A DNA stretch of 64,000 bases from positions 88,846,001 to 88,910,000 of the forward strand of contig NC_043004.1 in assembly GCF_006345805.1 (NCBI RefSeq). The letters are read 5' to 3'. The notes under the pieces are model-generated. The model saw only the letters and a list, made by a program, of their open reading frames with translations, had not been told where the DNA came from and did not search any database. Position 1 is the stretch's first letter; every line of letters begins with the position of its first letter. The DNA is from Octopus sinensis. Its lineage: Eukaryota. The translations under genes were made by a program, and so were the position numbers. This document shows, one piece after another, positions 14,166 through 27,935 of the stretch.

Positions 14166-14924
14166 TTATACGTGCACAGACACCCTGTGTTAGAACGTTT
14201 TCTCGGGTACCATATAAAATATTTATTCATATATATATATATATTTATTCATATATATATATATAATTATATATATATAATATAATATATATATATATAT
14301 ATGGTTGATTCTTATTTCCCTCTACCCATAAATACTTATATATTTCCGTTACGTCACTTCACTCACCATAATAGTTTTCCTCTTTTTAATCTCATTTAAA
14401 TAAGTAGGTGTGTCTGTGTGTACCTGAGTGTGCCCTGGATGTGACTGTATCTGTGTCACACGTTCAGCTTTATTTTTAACTGTTTACCTGTAGAGCAGTC
14501 ATGACTCACGTCTCAAAAAGCCAGGAAGCTAGAATGAGTGTCCTTGACGTAATAAGCAGCTTTAGTCTCGGTTTCATTTATTTTGTTTATTTCTTTATTC
14601 ATTCATTCATTCATTATATAATTTACAAATAGCAAATGTCGTTGAAATGGCAAATACTGGACCAACATTGTTTGCTATGCTCTTTCGAAGATTATTAATT
14701 GCTGTCACATCCTTTCACTAAGATGTTAATACCCGCTTCCCAAGAAGTCAAAACAGACTAATAAAGCATACAACAAGAACACATCTCTTAAGATTGTTTA
14801 TACTTCAATTAACTCTCTCTATAAACACTTGAGAGAAATAGAGAAATTATTCAATGCAATCACAACTGGCTGACAAAACAATGTAACGAAACAGAACAAA
14901 ATTAGAGAAATCTATTCGTGGTTG

Positions 14925-15265
14925 TTTAGGTGCTGGTTTCCAGTTCAGTCCTACAGCGTGGTACATTTTCAAATTGTCTTCTGCTATAGCCCCCAGACCT
15001 ACCATTACTTTGTGCAGGAAATATATATGAACATATGTATGTATATATGTATGTATATGTGCTTGTCTTTGTTTTTAATGTTTCTCCCCACCACCGCTTA
15101 TCAGTTAGTAATGGTTTATTTACGCCCCCGTAATTCTGCAGTTCGGCGAAAGAGATCGTTAGAATAAATAAATACTGCACTTAAAATTTAGTACTTGAGA
15201 TCGATTTGCTTGATTAAACCATTCAATTTGTTCCCCTGTATGGTCCACTGATCGAAGCAAATAAA
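14925..15265 (+). mobile_element. SINE family A, degenerate
   Basis: Diverged match to the family A body. Confidence 0.6.
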
Positions 15266-15455
15266 TGATAATATATTGACGTCTCTTGCATGAAAAAAGT
15301 ACCAAAGTTGTGATTATATTTAATGTATTACTCGCTAGAAAAGCTAGTCAGAAATAATCTAGTAATGAGGAAACGACTGTATTGGTTACAAATAACTTAT
15401 CTATTCATTCTCAAAACGTTATGGTCTATCTATCAATCGATCGATCTATCTCTAC

Positions 15456-15871
15456 AGGGGCAGGAGTGGCTGTGCGGTAAGTTGCTTGCTTACGAACCAC
15501 ATGTTTCTGTATTCAATCCCACTGCGTGGAACCCTGGGCAAGTGTCTTCTACTATAGACTCGGGCCGACCAAACCCTTGTTAGTGGATTTGGTAGACGGA
15601 AACTGAAAGAAGCTCGTCGTATATATATGTGTGTGTGTATGTATATGTTTGTGTGTCTGTGTTGTCCCCCCCCCCCAACATTGCTTGACAACCGATGCTG
15701 GTGTGTTTACGTCCCCGTCACATAGCGTTTCAGCAAGAGAGGCCGATAGAATAAGTACTAGGCTTACAAGGAATAAGTCCTGGGGTCGATTTGCTCAACT
15801 AAAGGCGGTGCTCCAGCATGGCAGCATGCCATATGACTGAAAAAAATAAAAGAATAAAAGAATAAAAGAAT
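15456..15871 (+). mobile_element. SINE family A
   Basis: Full length, (AATAAAAG)n tail. Confidence 0.9.
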
Positions 15872-16611
15872 ATCGTAGATTCAGACGTAATTATCTGATA
15901 GTTATTACTTTTCATCATCAGAGAACATTTCCCACGGACAATGCTTTTTGTTCCGGGTGAAAGTCCCCTTATACCGGTGAATGGTATGTATTATGAACAC
16001 AGATCGTCTAAATGTGAAGATGTTCTCCGATGGCGAAAACCAACATCGATCAGACATTCTCGTTCAGATCGACCAGAACGTATTGAGAATTAAGAGCTGC
16101 GTATATTTTTTTGGGGGGGGGGGGGAATCCCACTGTTCTATTGGCATTCCATGAATTATTAACTGTTTGGCAGAGAGTCATAGGGTCGATTTCTCCGACC
16201 AAAGGTAGAGCTCCAGTATGGCCGCAGTCAAATGACTGAAACATGTAAAAGAGTAAAAGAGAACATATATATATATAAAACAGTACTTGGAGAAGAAGAA
16301 CGGAATGAAACAAACGAATCGAATCGAATCGACGCGAGGGCGCTCAGTCATACAATAGTATAATAAATAAAATATATGCATACATACATATATGTACGTA
16401 CCTACATCTACATGTATATATACATGCATATATAAATATATATATACGTGAGTACAGGACACCACAAATAGACGTAGAACTCAACGAGAAACGAAAACGG
16501 AAAAACAAGCATGGAACAAACCATTTTACAACAGAAAAACAGAGTACAAGACAAACTACACAAGGAAAAATCCCCTTCATCAGCTGTCCCTAGTTCAACT
16601 CCAGCGTGTTG

Positions 16612-16679
16612 TGCTATAATCGAGCTGATCTACTTGTCTTTATCTATATAAAGACAAGAAGATCAGCTCGATTATAGCA
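16612..16679. repeat. 68-nt near-perfect hairpin (32-bp stem, one A-A mismatch, 4-nt loop)
   Basis: TGCTATAATCGAGCTGATCTaCTTGTCTTTAT-ctat-ATAAAGACAAGaAGATCAGCTCGATTATAGCA. Confidence 0.9.
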
Positions 16680-17085
16680 TACCCTGTGTTACTCAACCTC
16701 TGCAACGATTGCATTACGTATTCGATAGTTAAAAAAAGCAAAGTTAATAGGCGAAACAGACCTCAGTTTATGCAGACAGTGTTGTAGTTTTTGCAAAGAT
16801 CAGCACCATTTTTATAACGCGACTATATACCTTGACGAAAGACTTATTTGTCACCAATGAAAAAGAAAATAAAACGAAAGCTATTTCTCCAGAGAAAATT
16901 TCCGCTTATATTTATCATGTATTAATAATTCCTATATTGAATACTTTCAAGTTAATAACTTCGTACAACACTCAAGTCAAATAACGTTACAAGTATTTCG
17001 TGGTTCAAGATCTCAACAATCTGAAAAGCATTGGGTGTACTCAATTCACATAACTCACGCACAACACACACGCACACACACACAC

Positions 17086-17155
<70 letters not shown>

Positions 17156-17948
17156 ATGTATATATATATGTATATATATGTATATATATATATGTATATA
17201 TGTGTATATATGTATATATATATATTTCTATGTGTGTGTATGTGTATGTGCCTGTATGTGCGTGTGTGCGCGCGCACGCGTGTGTCTGTGTCTATGTGTG
17301 TGTGCATGCGTGTGCATGTGTGCGCATGTGTGTTGTGCGTTAGTTATGTGAATTGAGTTCATAACGATATCTGTTTAAAAGAATTACAAAATTCTTTTGT
17401 GATTTTCTTTTTAAAAAATTCCTCAGCTCAGAAACATATTAACTTCATCCTATTACCTACTTCATAAAGATTACAAGAAACACTCGATTTATTAACTAAA
17501 GTAATAATATCTAACATCTGTATTGAGTAAATACATATACTGGATTACGTATATTCAGAATTCTATTTAAATTCCTAGAATGCATTTCTTTTATCCATCT
17601 AGAGGCCATTTCTTTTTTTTTTTCACATAGAGGTCGAAGCGAATAAAAATACTAAACGAGGTTGATACCAATTTGCCAGCAGACATTTCTGTCACGGCTT
17701 CTAACTTATATAATATACATTTACAACGGAATCTCCAACCGTAGATGACATTAAAATGGACTTATTCTTTCCGACATCGAGTGGTGTTCACATAAAGTCA
17801 AACGTTGATTGATATTGACATCTCAATAAATGGTATACTAAAATCAACTGGTAAGTTTACCAGTTAAAACGTTTTCTCTTGACATGCGCAGAATAAACCA
17901 ATTTGATTTTCTAGTAAATGTGATATTTTTCTCTGTCTTCTTTTCCAG

Positions 17949-18089
17949 TCGGCTATTCAGCAGATGAAGTGATCTACAAGTGGCATCCTGGACTAAAAGA
18001 ACCTGTTGAAATCGCATCTCACATGACCTTGAACCAATTCGACCTGATTGGTTATCCTGCAAGCAACTTTACTAAACTAATCAAAGACA
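17949..18089 (+). CDS. Internal exon (141 nt, phase 1-1) of a GABA-A/GRD-like Cys-loop ligand-gated ion channel subunit; loop F to loop C region
   Basis: Acceptor ctctgtcttcttttccAG|tc, donor gacA|GTACGT. Translates (x)GYSADEVIYKWHPGLKEPVEIASHMTLNQFDLIGYPASNFTKLIKD. The GY..EV.Y.W and LNQFDLIG motifs match GABA-A alpha-type extracellular domains. Splices in frame to 31430. Confidence 0.9.
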
Positions 18090-18224
18090 GTACGTACAAT
18101 GAATACCACAGTTGCTTATTCGTACAGCGTTGTAAAGCGTTGTCGGTCTTCTCTCACAAATGATATCATTAATATTACATTAAAGCAGTACAACATTGCA
18201 TTTCATATATATATAAAATTATAT

Positions 18225-18430
18225 GCGTATGGCTTAGTGGTTAAGGTGTTGCACTTACGGTTGCGAGATCGTGGGTTCGATCCCCAAACCTGGCGTTGCG
18301 TTGTGTTCATTTCGACATCTGACATGTGGCACCCGTTGCATACAGGTGATGTCTATCTGATGGAGGCTGTGAGTTTATGTCTATGGTCGTTCGGTAAGAA
18401 GTTGTCTGACGACGGGAGAGCCCGTCATGT
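18225..18430 (+). mobile_element. Degenerate SINE (family D-like head) 135 nt downstream of the first exon
   Basis: TGGCTTAGTGG and GGGTTCGATCCCC boxes. Confidence 0.6.
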
Positions 18431-18667
18431 AAATATATATATATATATATATAATTAATTAATAAGGGTGAGAGAATTAGATACTAATTTAATAGTATAT
18501 CTATTCTACACCAAGTGGCCTAGTGCTCCGAGAAACCTGGATTATTATAATATTTTATAATATATTATAATATTTTTACAAAAATAAATATAAGAGAGTG
18601 GTCACATATGGCTCACTCTAGCACCAGTTAATCCAAAAGGTTTCAACCACAAAATACATATATATAT

Positions 18668-18710
<43 letters not shown>

Positions 18711-19023
18711 TAATATTATATATATATATATAAATATATACAATTTTTCTGAATCTTCAGATTTTTCTATATGCTAACTCACTGTTTTAAATCGATGTTA
18801 ATCAAATTAATATTCAATTTTTCACCTTACTTATTTCAAAATTTGACACTTTTTCTAATGGTCTCATTTTTGTCGAATCACTACGCTACGAAGTGAATAA
18901 CAGTAAGCAAAGTGATTGAGCGGTTGTCAAGTGATTGGGCGACATCCACAGACACACAAACTCACTCACACAAACATATCCGCTCACACATACCTATACA
19001 TTCATACACACGCGCACACATAC

Positions 19024-19070
<47 letters not shown>

Positions 19071-19269
19071 TGCGTGTGTATGCGCGCGGGCGTGTGGTGT
19101 GTGTGTGCGCACAACGAGCTTCTGCATGGTTTCTGAGTAAAAAGTTCACTCACTGCGCGCGGATTGGTGGGTCCAGCTCATAGCAGAAGAGACTTGGCTA
19201 AAGTGACACATGGTAATGGTAGTGCTCAAAATGAAACCGTGGGTCGGAAAAGTAAACGTTTTTCATTAC

Positions 19270-19713
19270 AAAACCACACACACACACACAAAGACGAACC
19301 ACTTACATATATGTGTGTGTGTGTGTGTGTGTGTGTATTGTGTGTGCGTGCGTGTGCGTGTATATATATAGATATATATACACGCACACGCACGCACACA
19401 CACCACACACACAAAGACGACCACTTACTATATGTGTGTGTGTGTGTGGTGTGTGTGCGTGCGTGCGTGTGCGTGTGTATATATATATATATATATATCT
19501 ATATATATATATATATATATATACTAATATATATGCGTATATCTAATGTATATATATATATATATATATACATATATATATGTGTGGATATATATACATA
19601 TACATATATATGTATATATATATATTATACTGTACATATATATGTGTGTGTATATGTACATATATTATATGTAATATATATATTTATAAACACCACACGC
19701 ACACACACACACA

Positions 19714-19777
<64 letters not shown>

Positions 19778-20540
19778 CGTTTAGTTGTAAGGCTTCATAA
19801 GCTACTTAAGGGGCTTGAGTTTCGAGGGCCGCAAGTGTTTCAAAAGCTTAGAATGGCTCTTATCAAACTAAATTATAAATCACGAAATTTCTCATTAAAT
19901 GGCTATAAACATAATTATGATAATTCCAAAAACTTTTTATGAAAAAAAATCCAATTAACTGTCACGTGATAATGCAATGATTTCAAAATATAGCTGTTAG
20001 CCCAGCTAAGTAAAGAAATAGATAAATAAATAAAGGGTGTATGTTTATATACATCGTGTGTATGTGTGTGTGTGTGTGTGTACAAGTATGTATGTAATAT
20101 CTATATATGCATAATCACAAACATACAGATACATACATACGTATGTACATACATAATACAGACAGACAGACATATATACATACATAGAGGTAGAGGAGTG
20201 AGACAGATAAAAGTGAATGTGTCTGTGTGTGTATACATGTATGTATGTATGTATGTATGTATGTATGTATGTATGTATGTATGTGTGTGTGTATGTATGT
20301 ATGTATGTATAGACAGAAAAGAGAAAGGAGAGAGAATATATATATATACGCATAATACATGCGTACATGCGATATACACATATCTAACACACACCTCCCT
20401 CTTTCTCCTTTTCCCTCTCTCTCTCTCTCTCTTCATATATATATATATATATATACATACATACATATATGTGTGCGTGCGTGTGTATACACATGCATAC
20501 ATATACACAAATATATATGGATGTTTGAGTTAGTATGAGT
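19270..20540. repeat. Compound (CA)/(GT)/(AT)/(TATG) microsatellites, including a tandemly duplicated unit of about 120 bp at 19280-19520
   Basis: CACACACAAAGACGA(A)CCACTTAC(A)TATATGTGTG occurs twice. Confidence 0.85.
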
Positions 20541-20801
20541 GTGTGTGTGTATGTATATGAATGTAGTATTTGCATACAAAAGTATTCAATTATCTCAGTT
20601 ATTTACAAGCCGAGCACAGCAAAAAAAAATCAATAATAATAATATCTTAAATATATATATAAACTTTATATCTACCATATCTATTACATCATTAAACCTG
20701 TTTCTTAGAAATAGCCGGTTTGAAAGTGAACTATTTTCAGCAAATTGTTAGACGTGCTTCAGCCTACATAAGTCTAGACTATTTCTATATTTGATCAATA
20801 A

Positions 20802-20804
20802 ATG

Positions 20805-20868
<64 letters not shown>

Positions 20869-20935
20869 TAATAATAATAACAATGATAAGAATAAGAAGA
20901 AGAAGAAGAAGAAGAAAAAGAAGAAGAAGAATGAC

Positions 20936-20998
<63 letters not shown>

Positions 20999-21018
20999 AA
21001 TAATAATATAATAATAAC
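20802..21018. repeat. Compound trinucleotide repeat (TAA)n(GAA)n(TAA)n(CAA)n
   Basis: Direct reading. Confidence 0.95.
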
Positions 21019-21348
21019 ATTTCCCGAAATGGCTTTTCACTATTTTTTCATTATTTTTATAGTATCATATTTATATTATTAGGATAAGAATTATTTCAAT
21101 GGTTATGGTAGTTTTGTGAAGGCACATACGCACCTGAGTTTGCGTTCTAGCTTCAGTTCTTCAGCTGAAGCAGAATTCTTTACAAAGCTAATGCTCATTA
21201 TTTCTTTGCACTGCTGAAAGACCATTAGACCATTTCTGTGTTCGCCTGATCCAATGGCGGTGACTTTCTGCAGCTGCTTTTTTGCTAGAAAGAACAATTG
21301 AGTCTTCCCCAAAATTACATTCCACAGTCTTACAAACAAACAAAAAAA

Positions 21349-21657
21349 CAGTGGGGGGCTCAATCGGGGTCCAGATAAGATTTTGGGGTGTCCATGGATG
21401 CAATATAGTAAACTGAGGATCAATGGTCATTTTTCAGGGACCATAAAAAATCTGTGCTTCAGACCAGTAAAGTTTACATGAAATAAATTGTTATACTTTC
21501 ACAATACACAAAATTATTTTAAGAATTTGTATATGTCCTTATAATTATAAAAAAAAAACAGTAGCATTTTTTAAACATCGAATGGCTATAGGGGTCCACA
21601 TAAAAAAATAGGATTCAAAGGGGCCCATGGGTAAAAAAAAATAGTTGAGAACCCCTG
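21349..21657. mobile_element. hAT-like MITE
   Basis: Right end GTTGAGAACCCCTG, degenerate left end CAGTGGGGGGCTCAATCGGGGTCC, internal GGGGTCC repeats. No clear TSD. Confidence 0.45.
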
Positions 21658-22059
21658 CTTTAGAAGGATATATTAGAGACGTGTCTCTATAGGGGCCTAC
21701 CATAAACTGGGTGATCATGGCCGGAACGTTTTTTGGGGGGTGGGGGAGGGCAAAATTTTGCTAGATCATGATTGACAGCAATAAATATCTCTTCGCCATT
21801 ACAATAAATGATAAGGATTAATATCGATATAAATTTTGTTGATGTTGTTTACATTTAAGTCAGTTTTTATGAAGCAGGTCTATCATCAAATGCATTCCAG
21901 CCTTGACCATCACGTCTTTGCATATATCTAGGACGAAATTATACAATCTACTCTTCAACTAGCAAGACATAAGTGGGGAATTTAAAGGAATCTAGCTCTT
22001 ATTTTCAGCAGTTCTTGATTTGGTGGTGATAAAAGACACTTCTCTAAAGCGAAGCTATA

Positions 22060-22085
22060 CATACATACATACATACATATTATAT

Positions 22086-22130
<45 letters not shown>

Positions 22131-22194
22131 TTATATATATAAATTATATATATATTATATTATATATATATATATATTGTAGTACACAGTGATA

Positions 22195-22234
<40 letters not shown>

Positions 22235-22439
22235 ATATAATACATACATATATATATATATATTATAATATATATATATATAATATATATAATATATACA
22301 TTTATAATATATATTATTATATATATTATATTATATATATATATATATGTAGTATACAGTGATATAATATTATATATCAATATATTATATAGATATATAC
22401 ATATATCTAAATACATACATCTATATACTATATATATAT

Positions 22440-22481
<42 letters not shown>

Positions 22482-22618
22482 TATATATATATAATAATAT
22501 ATAAAATACTTTAATAGTATAATATTTTGATACAATTGAGCACTCAATATAAATTCTGTACATAATATTCTTATTGAATATATTTAAGTAAAGATTTATG
22601 CATATATATACACATACA

Positions 22619-22655
<37 letters not shown>

Positions 22656-23080
22656 ATTTGCATACAGGGTACGATGGGTAAATTGTCGCCATTTTATAAT
22701 TTTTTATTTCGCGCATGTGTATTGTTTGTTTTTTGGGGTTTTCTTTTGTCGACTTCACAGTATAGCAGGGGAAGTTGGGCACTGTCTGTGAGAAAAATAG
22801 CACCATGACACAATTCACTCTGCCAGAAATTTGCAAACAACATGTTGTACTTCTTTGGCATTCGCGTCGGAAGTTCCAATATGAACATTTCAGAGTGTTT
22901 GGGTGTCAATTAGAGGACAGTGCAATCTGAGGACATGTACCGAGATTGATAAAAATCAAACATCCTGTTAATATCATGATATTTGAAATGAACACTAGTG
23001 CTGGTGATGTTATGCCTCCATTCATCTTCCCACACGGTCTTAGACTCAACACGGAGGCCTATATATATATATATATATAT

Positions 23081-23154
<74 letters not shown>

Positions 23155-23285
23155 TGATGTATGTATATATGTATGCATGTACATACGTACATACATACAT
23201 ACATACATACATACATACATACATACATACATACATACATACATACATACATACATACATACATTCGTATAAACTTCAGGATATG
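22060..23285. repeat. (AT)n, (GT)n, (GATA)n and (CATA)n tracts around the Tc1 remnant
   Basis: Direct reading. Confidence 0.9.
22665..23062 (+). mobile_element. Internally deleted Tc1-like element
   Basis: TA-CAGGGTACGATGGGTAAATTGTCGCC terminus. Contains KHPVNIMIF...GDVMPPFIFPHGLRLNTEAY, a Tc1-type catalytic-domain segment. Confidence 0.75.
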
Positions 23286-23617
23286 AATATTGCTTCGAAG
23301 TGTGACACATATTGAGAGTGGATAATTGGGAACTCCTCTATATCGATTTAAGAATCTCACAGTCTCCGCTTAGCCTTTTAGGCACTTCGATTAGATACTT
23401 AAATTAGTTTTTGGACACTTCGATTACAAATTTGTTTTTCTTTATTTTTTTTTCTATTCGTAATAATACTTTTATTTCCCTGTTGAAGTGACTATTATAT
23501 TTTTGAGATTGATCAATTTGGTTAGTATATCCATTTCATTTCTTCATAAGAGGAAGAGACTTGCTCTTAGCTAATTCAAGGCTATCATAATTAAAATGTA
23601 TGATAGTATTTAATCTC

Positions 23618-24839
23618 TTTGGTCATCTTCTAAATAATGCGGTTATTTTCTTTTATTTTTCAATTAAGATAAACAAAGTTCTTTTTTAATCTAAAATATA
23701 CTCTCCTTCATTTTCTACAATGCTCTTCCATCTATCTAGTAGACTTACAAGGCTCCTTTTCCAAAATTCACTTGTCCGTGACGAAAAGTACTCCTCCAGT
23801 ATTCTTCTGACCTCGTCTAAAGAATTCATATTTTTCCCGTCCAAATGATTTTGAAGACTGCGAAATAAATGATAATCAGATGGGGCAATGTCTGGCGAAT
23901 ATCGTGGGTGGGACATCGTTTCCCATTCAAACTGTTCCAGCCTTTGGAAAGTCATCCTTGCTGTATGTCTGAGTATTATCCTGACGGAAAAGCACCTTTC
24001 GTCTCGACACCAAAGATGGTCGTTTTTCTGCTTGCGCTGACTTAAGCTGCTCAAACTGTTCGCTGTAGATCTTTGTTCTCGTTTGGTTTGGGTTTTAAAG
24101 TTCAAAGTGGACTAAACCTTTCGTATTCCATCAAGCAGGTAACAACACCTTACGTCAGTGAAGCCCTTCTTTAGCCTGAGGTACCAGTGTTTCTCCTTTC
24201 GCTATCCGCTGTCTTCGGCGCTTGACATTTTTATAGAGAACCTAGTTCTCGTCACCAGTCTCTATTCGGTCCAAAAAAGGTTCATTCGTGAGATGTGAAT
24301 GCAAAGAAGAGCACACATTCACTCTCTACTCGGGATTAAACTCGGAAAGTTTATGAGAAACCCATTGACCTAATTTTCTGACTTTTCCGATGGCACGCAG
24401 GTGTCGATGAATGGTTGAATGACTAAATCCAAGCTTTCCCTGCTAGTTCCTCAACAGTTACGGTGGGATTTTGTTGCACTATGGTTTGCAGGACGTCCTC
24501 TACAGATCTTCCAGGACGAAGTTCGTCTTCTAGGCTGTAGTTTCTGGAACCACCTTTGATACTGGCTTACACTTATTGTCCGATCCCCATATATTGCATT
24601 AATATTCACCGCACTTTCTGTTGCGTTATTGCCTTTATTGAATTCATAAAGCAAAATATGCCGGATATTCTCCTTTGTCACTTCCATTGTAGCTTTGAAA
24701 AAGTAACTGTTAAAATCGAACTGCATCCTTCAAAATTTGCACTAAGAATAAGTACAGGTAAAATTACTTGTTTATCCCCTACACCTCAGACTTTTAGTTC
24801 ATGCAATTGAAAAAGCCCACTATTTATGGGATGACCCAA
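23618..24839 (-). mobile_element. Near full-length decayed mariner, second family
   Basis: TIR TTGGGTCATCCCATAAATAGTG at 24839 and a degenerate copy at 23618. N-terminus MEVTKENIRHILLYEFNKGNNATES (ATG 24687), C-terminus HPRYSPDIAPSDYHLFRSLQNHL...EGEYILD* (23686). Frameshifted in between. Confidence 0.9.
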
Positions 24840-24949
24840 TTTTTCACAGTAATGAAAAAATGATTCTTAAAAAAATTATAAATCTCCAATCAGATATCTA
24901 TATTTTGATCTTATCTGGATCTTACCAGATAAGTGCCAAGTTTTAAATA

Positions 24950-25380
24950 TTTCAGGGAATTCATTCATCGTTAATAACGCATATATTACATAAGCTGGGA
25001 AGGTCTTTAGACAAATTAAGGGGATTCCGATGGATAGTAATTGTAGCTCTTTGTTAGCAGATATACATGTGAATTTACTTTCATGTGAATTTACTTTCTT
25101 TAATTGTTTATACCGAAGGGGAAATTTTTAATCAAACAGCACAGTGGATGTTGCAGATATATTGATGAGAGCTTTTATTCTTAACTACAATTATTTTGAA
25201 TATTTACTTCAGAAAATATATCCAGATCTTGCAGCGACTAGAAATGGTAGACTTGATAGATGAGGTTAAATACTTTCAGCTGTTAAGCTGAAAAGTGTAA
25301 ATGAAAAGATTGTGGCTAGTATTTACAATAAAACTGATACTTTTAATTTTCGTATTACATCTTTATCCTGGTTGAAATAC
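24950..25380 (+). mobile_element. Penelope-like element reverse transcriptase remnant
   Basis: FIVNNAYIT*AGKVFRQIKGIPMDSNCSSLLADI and IYNKTDTFNFRITSL correspond to the PLE RT motifs GIPMG..C.P.LA and YDK.DDFNF. Confidence 0.7.
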
Positions 25381-25974
25381 TTTGGGATAGAATTTTTAAA
25401 ATTATTGATATATATATATATGGAAAAACAAGGTAACGTTAAGAGAAGTTTAGTTAAATATTTTAACTGTTACTTCAAGAGGCGTAATGAAATTTTAAGA
25501 AAATATGGAGTGATCACTAGTTTGCATGAGCTGAGTTCTAAGGAATGATTAGATTTAATTAAATGTGAAGGTTAAATCACTATTTGCAGTTTTTGAGTTG
25601 GTTGTCATATATTATTGTGTACAACGTCACTTCCGTTAGAAAATTGATATGGACTTCTACCTGCCTTTTGGTTTACGGCACCGATGTGGTTAAAATGCGT
25701 GTTTTCGTCAACTTTTTAGCAGCACGTGAGAATTATTTATTTTTAAATTATGAATATTTTCAACATTATTTGTTTTTCCGGGTCATCTTATAAATATTTA
25801 TGGGTTTTAGATGAAAGTATTAGTTTGAATACTTTCTATAATTAACTCTATTCAATGTTTATGAGTCTAATTTTAGTTGTTCCTAAATATTAGGCATTTA
25901 ATGCCGTATGCTTAAAGAGAAAGTTATTCGTTTTGTTTGCATTTCGGTGCTTTTATTTAAATTAATTTCAAATT

Positions 25975-26176
25975 AGGGCGCAAGGCCAAAACATTCGGTG
26001 GAGGGGTTTAGTTGATTACATAGACCCCAGTGTTCAACTGGTACTTATTTTATCAACTCCGAAAGGATGAGAGGCAAACTCGACCTCGACAGAATTTGAT
26101 CTCAGAACATAAAGTCGGACGAATTGCCGCTAAGCTTTTTGCCGGCGTGCTAGCGTTTCAGCCAACTCGCCACCTT
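25975..26176 (-). mobile_element. SINE family B
   Basis: Diverged reverse-complement copy of the family B body. Confidence 0.85.
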
Positions 26177-26254
26177 GGTTTATTTATGTTAGTAATTTGT
26201 TTGAAAGTCTTTGTCTTAAGAATAATATTTTATAATTAATATTATTTACTTATT

Positions 26255-26464
26255 AAGGCGGCGAGCTGGCAGAAACGTTAGCACACGAAATGCTTAGCGG
26301 TATTTCGTCTGTCTTTACGTTCTGAGTTCAAATACCGCCGAGGTCGACTTTACCATTCATCCTTTCGGGGTCGATAAATTAAGTACCAATTGAGTACTGG
26401 GGTCGATCTAATCGACTGGCCCCCTCCCTCAAAAGTTTTGGGCCTTGTGCCTAGAGTAGAAAAG
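26255..26464 (+). mobile_element. SINE family B
   Basis: Full length. TSD AATATTATTT(A/G)CTTATT (26238-26254 / 26465-26481). Confidence 0.9.
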
Positions 26465-26562
26465 AATATTATTTGCTTATTTATTTTGATTAATTCTTAA
26501 TTTTTAATTTTTAAATAGTAATTTTTCAGTTACTATTATTATTTATATTTACTCGATATTAT

Positions 26563-26938
26563 GGAGGCGCAATGGCCCTGTAGTTAGGACAGCGGACTCG
26601 TGGTCGTAGGATCGCCGTTTCGATTCCCAGACCAGGTGTTGTGAGTGGTTATTGAGAGAAAACACCTAAAGCTCCACGAGGCTCCGACAGAGAGTGGTGG
26701 CGAACCCTTCTGTACACTTTCACCACAACTTTCACTCTTTCTTCCTTTTTCTGTTGTACCTGTAGTTCAAAGAGCCAGCCTTGTTACACACTGTGTCACG
26801 CTGAATCTCCTCGAGAACTACGTTAAGGGTACACATGTCTGTGGAATACTCAGCCATTTGCACGTTAATTTCACTAGCAGACTGTTCCGTTGATCAGATC
26901 AACTGGAACCCTCGCCGTCGTAACCGACGGAGTGCCAC
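26563..26938 (+). mobile_element. SINE family C
   Basis: Full length, ends GTAACCGACGGAGTGCCAC. Confidence 0.85.
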
Positions 26939-27526
26939 GACTGGAAATTGATCTTTGCTTGTCCTTTCCCTTGCACATGGTTCAGGAACGTTGGCTAAAA
27001 GGTGTATTGTTTCACTACTTTACATTCAGTGCATTTTTGTTGTTTTGTTTGTTCTTTGTGTGTTTTCATATAGAAAATGAGATAGTGTTTCTATTGTTCT
27101 AGCCTTTTAGCAATAAAGTAATACGATTTTGTTTATATTCGATGTTGATATTTGTGATACAAAGCCGGTGTACGTGTAATGAACATATTACGCTGTTTCG
27201 CTCTTGCTGCTTTTCTTTTCATTTCCAGGTAGCGTTTACTGTATTTAATGCTACAGACACCATCGGTTTCAATGGTCGAAACAATAGTGAAATCCGTTAG
27301 GCAACAGATGATGGGAATATATGTTCAATATTCTTGTTACCTGTGAATCTTTTATATCTGAATTGTCCTTGATTCTCGTAAGGTTGAACATGTTTAAAGA
27401 GTTCATGGTTTATGAGATTACATGTTCCGATATTGCTCGATTTTTCTTCATTAGTGGTCTTATTGTGCTAAGAGGATACTTAATGGTTTATTGTCTTGTC
27501 ACTGTCACACACACACACACACACAC

Positions 27527-27574
<48 letters not shown>

Positions 27575-27769
27575 TTTCACTCATGTTCAACATATATTCT
27601 ATCGCTTCTCTGTTTCGTTGATCACTCTTTAGACTCGGTTCATCTTTCTTATCGTGCGGAGCTATGATGAAATAGCCACCGCTGTCATTTTGTATACTAG
27701 GTGATACATTGTCCATTGTTCAATATATCTTTTATTCTTTAAAATCATTGAGTAGAATTAGGAGAATAC

Positions 27770-27935
27770 TTAGAGCAGTGGGAAAATGCATTGCAGCATT
27801 TTTCCTTCTGGCTCTTCACGTTCTGATTTCAAATCCTGCCGAGGTCAACTTCACCTTTGAAGCACTTGGATCATGGTATCGACAGCTAACCCTTTCCTTA
27901 AAATTGCTGGCCTTGTGCCCAATGAGAGGCCATTA
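27770..27935 (+). mobile_element. Degenerate SINE family B
   Basis: gttctgatttcaaatcctgccgaggtcaacttcacc core. Confidence 0.55.

Noticed and set aside
9477-27320. C(T/A)GATGA(T/A)GGG motifs at about 9477, 16575 (minus) and 27303
   Set aside because: No downstream GAAA/helix III; repeat termini only.
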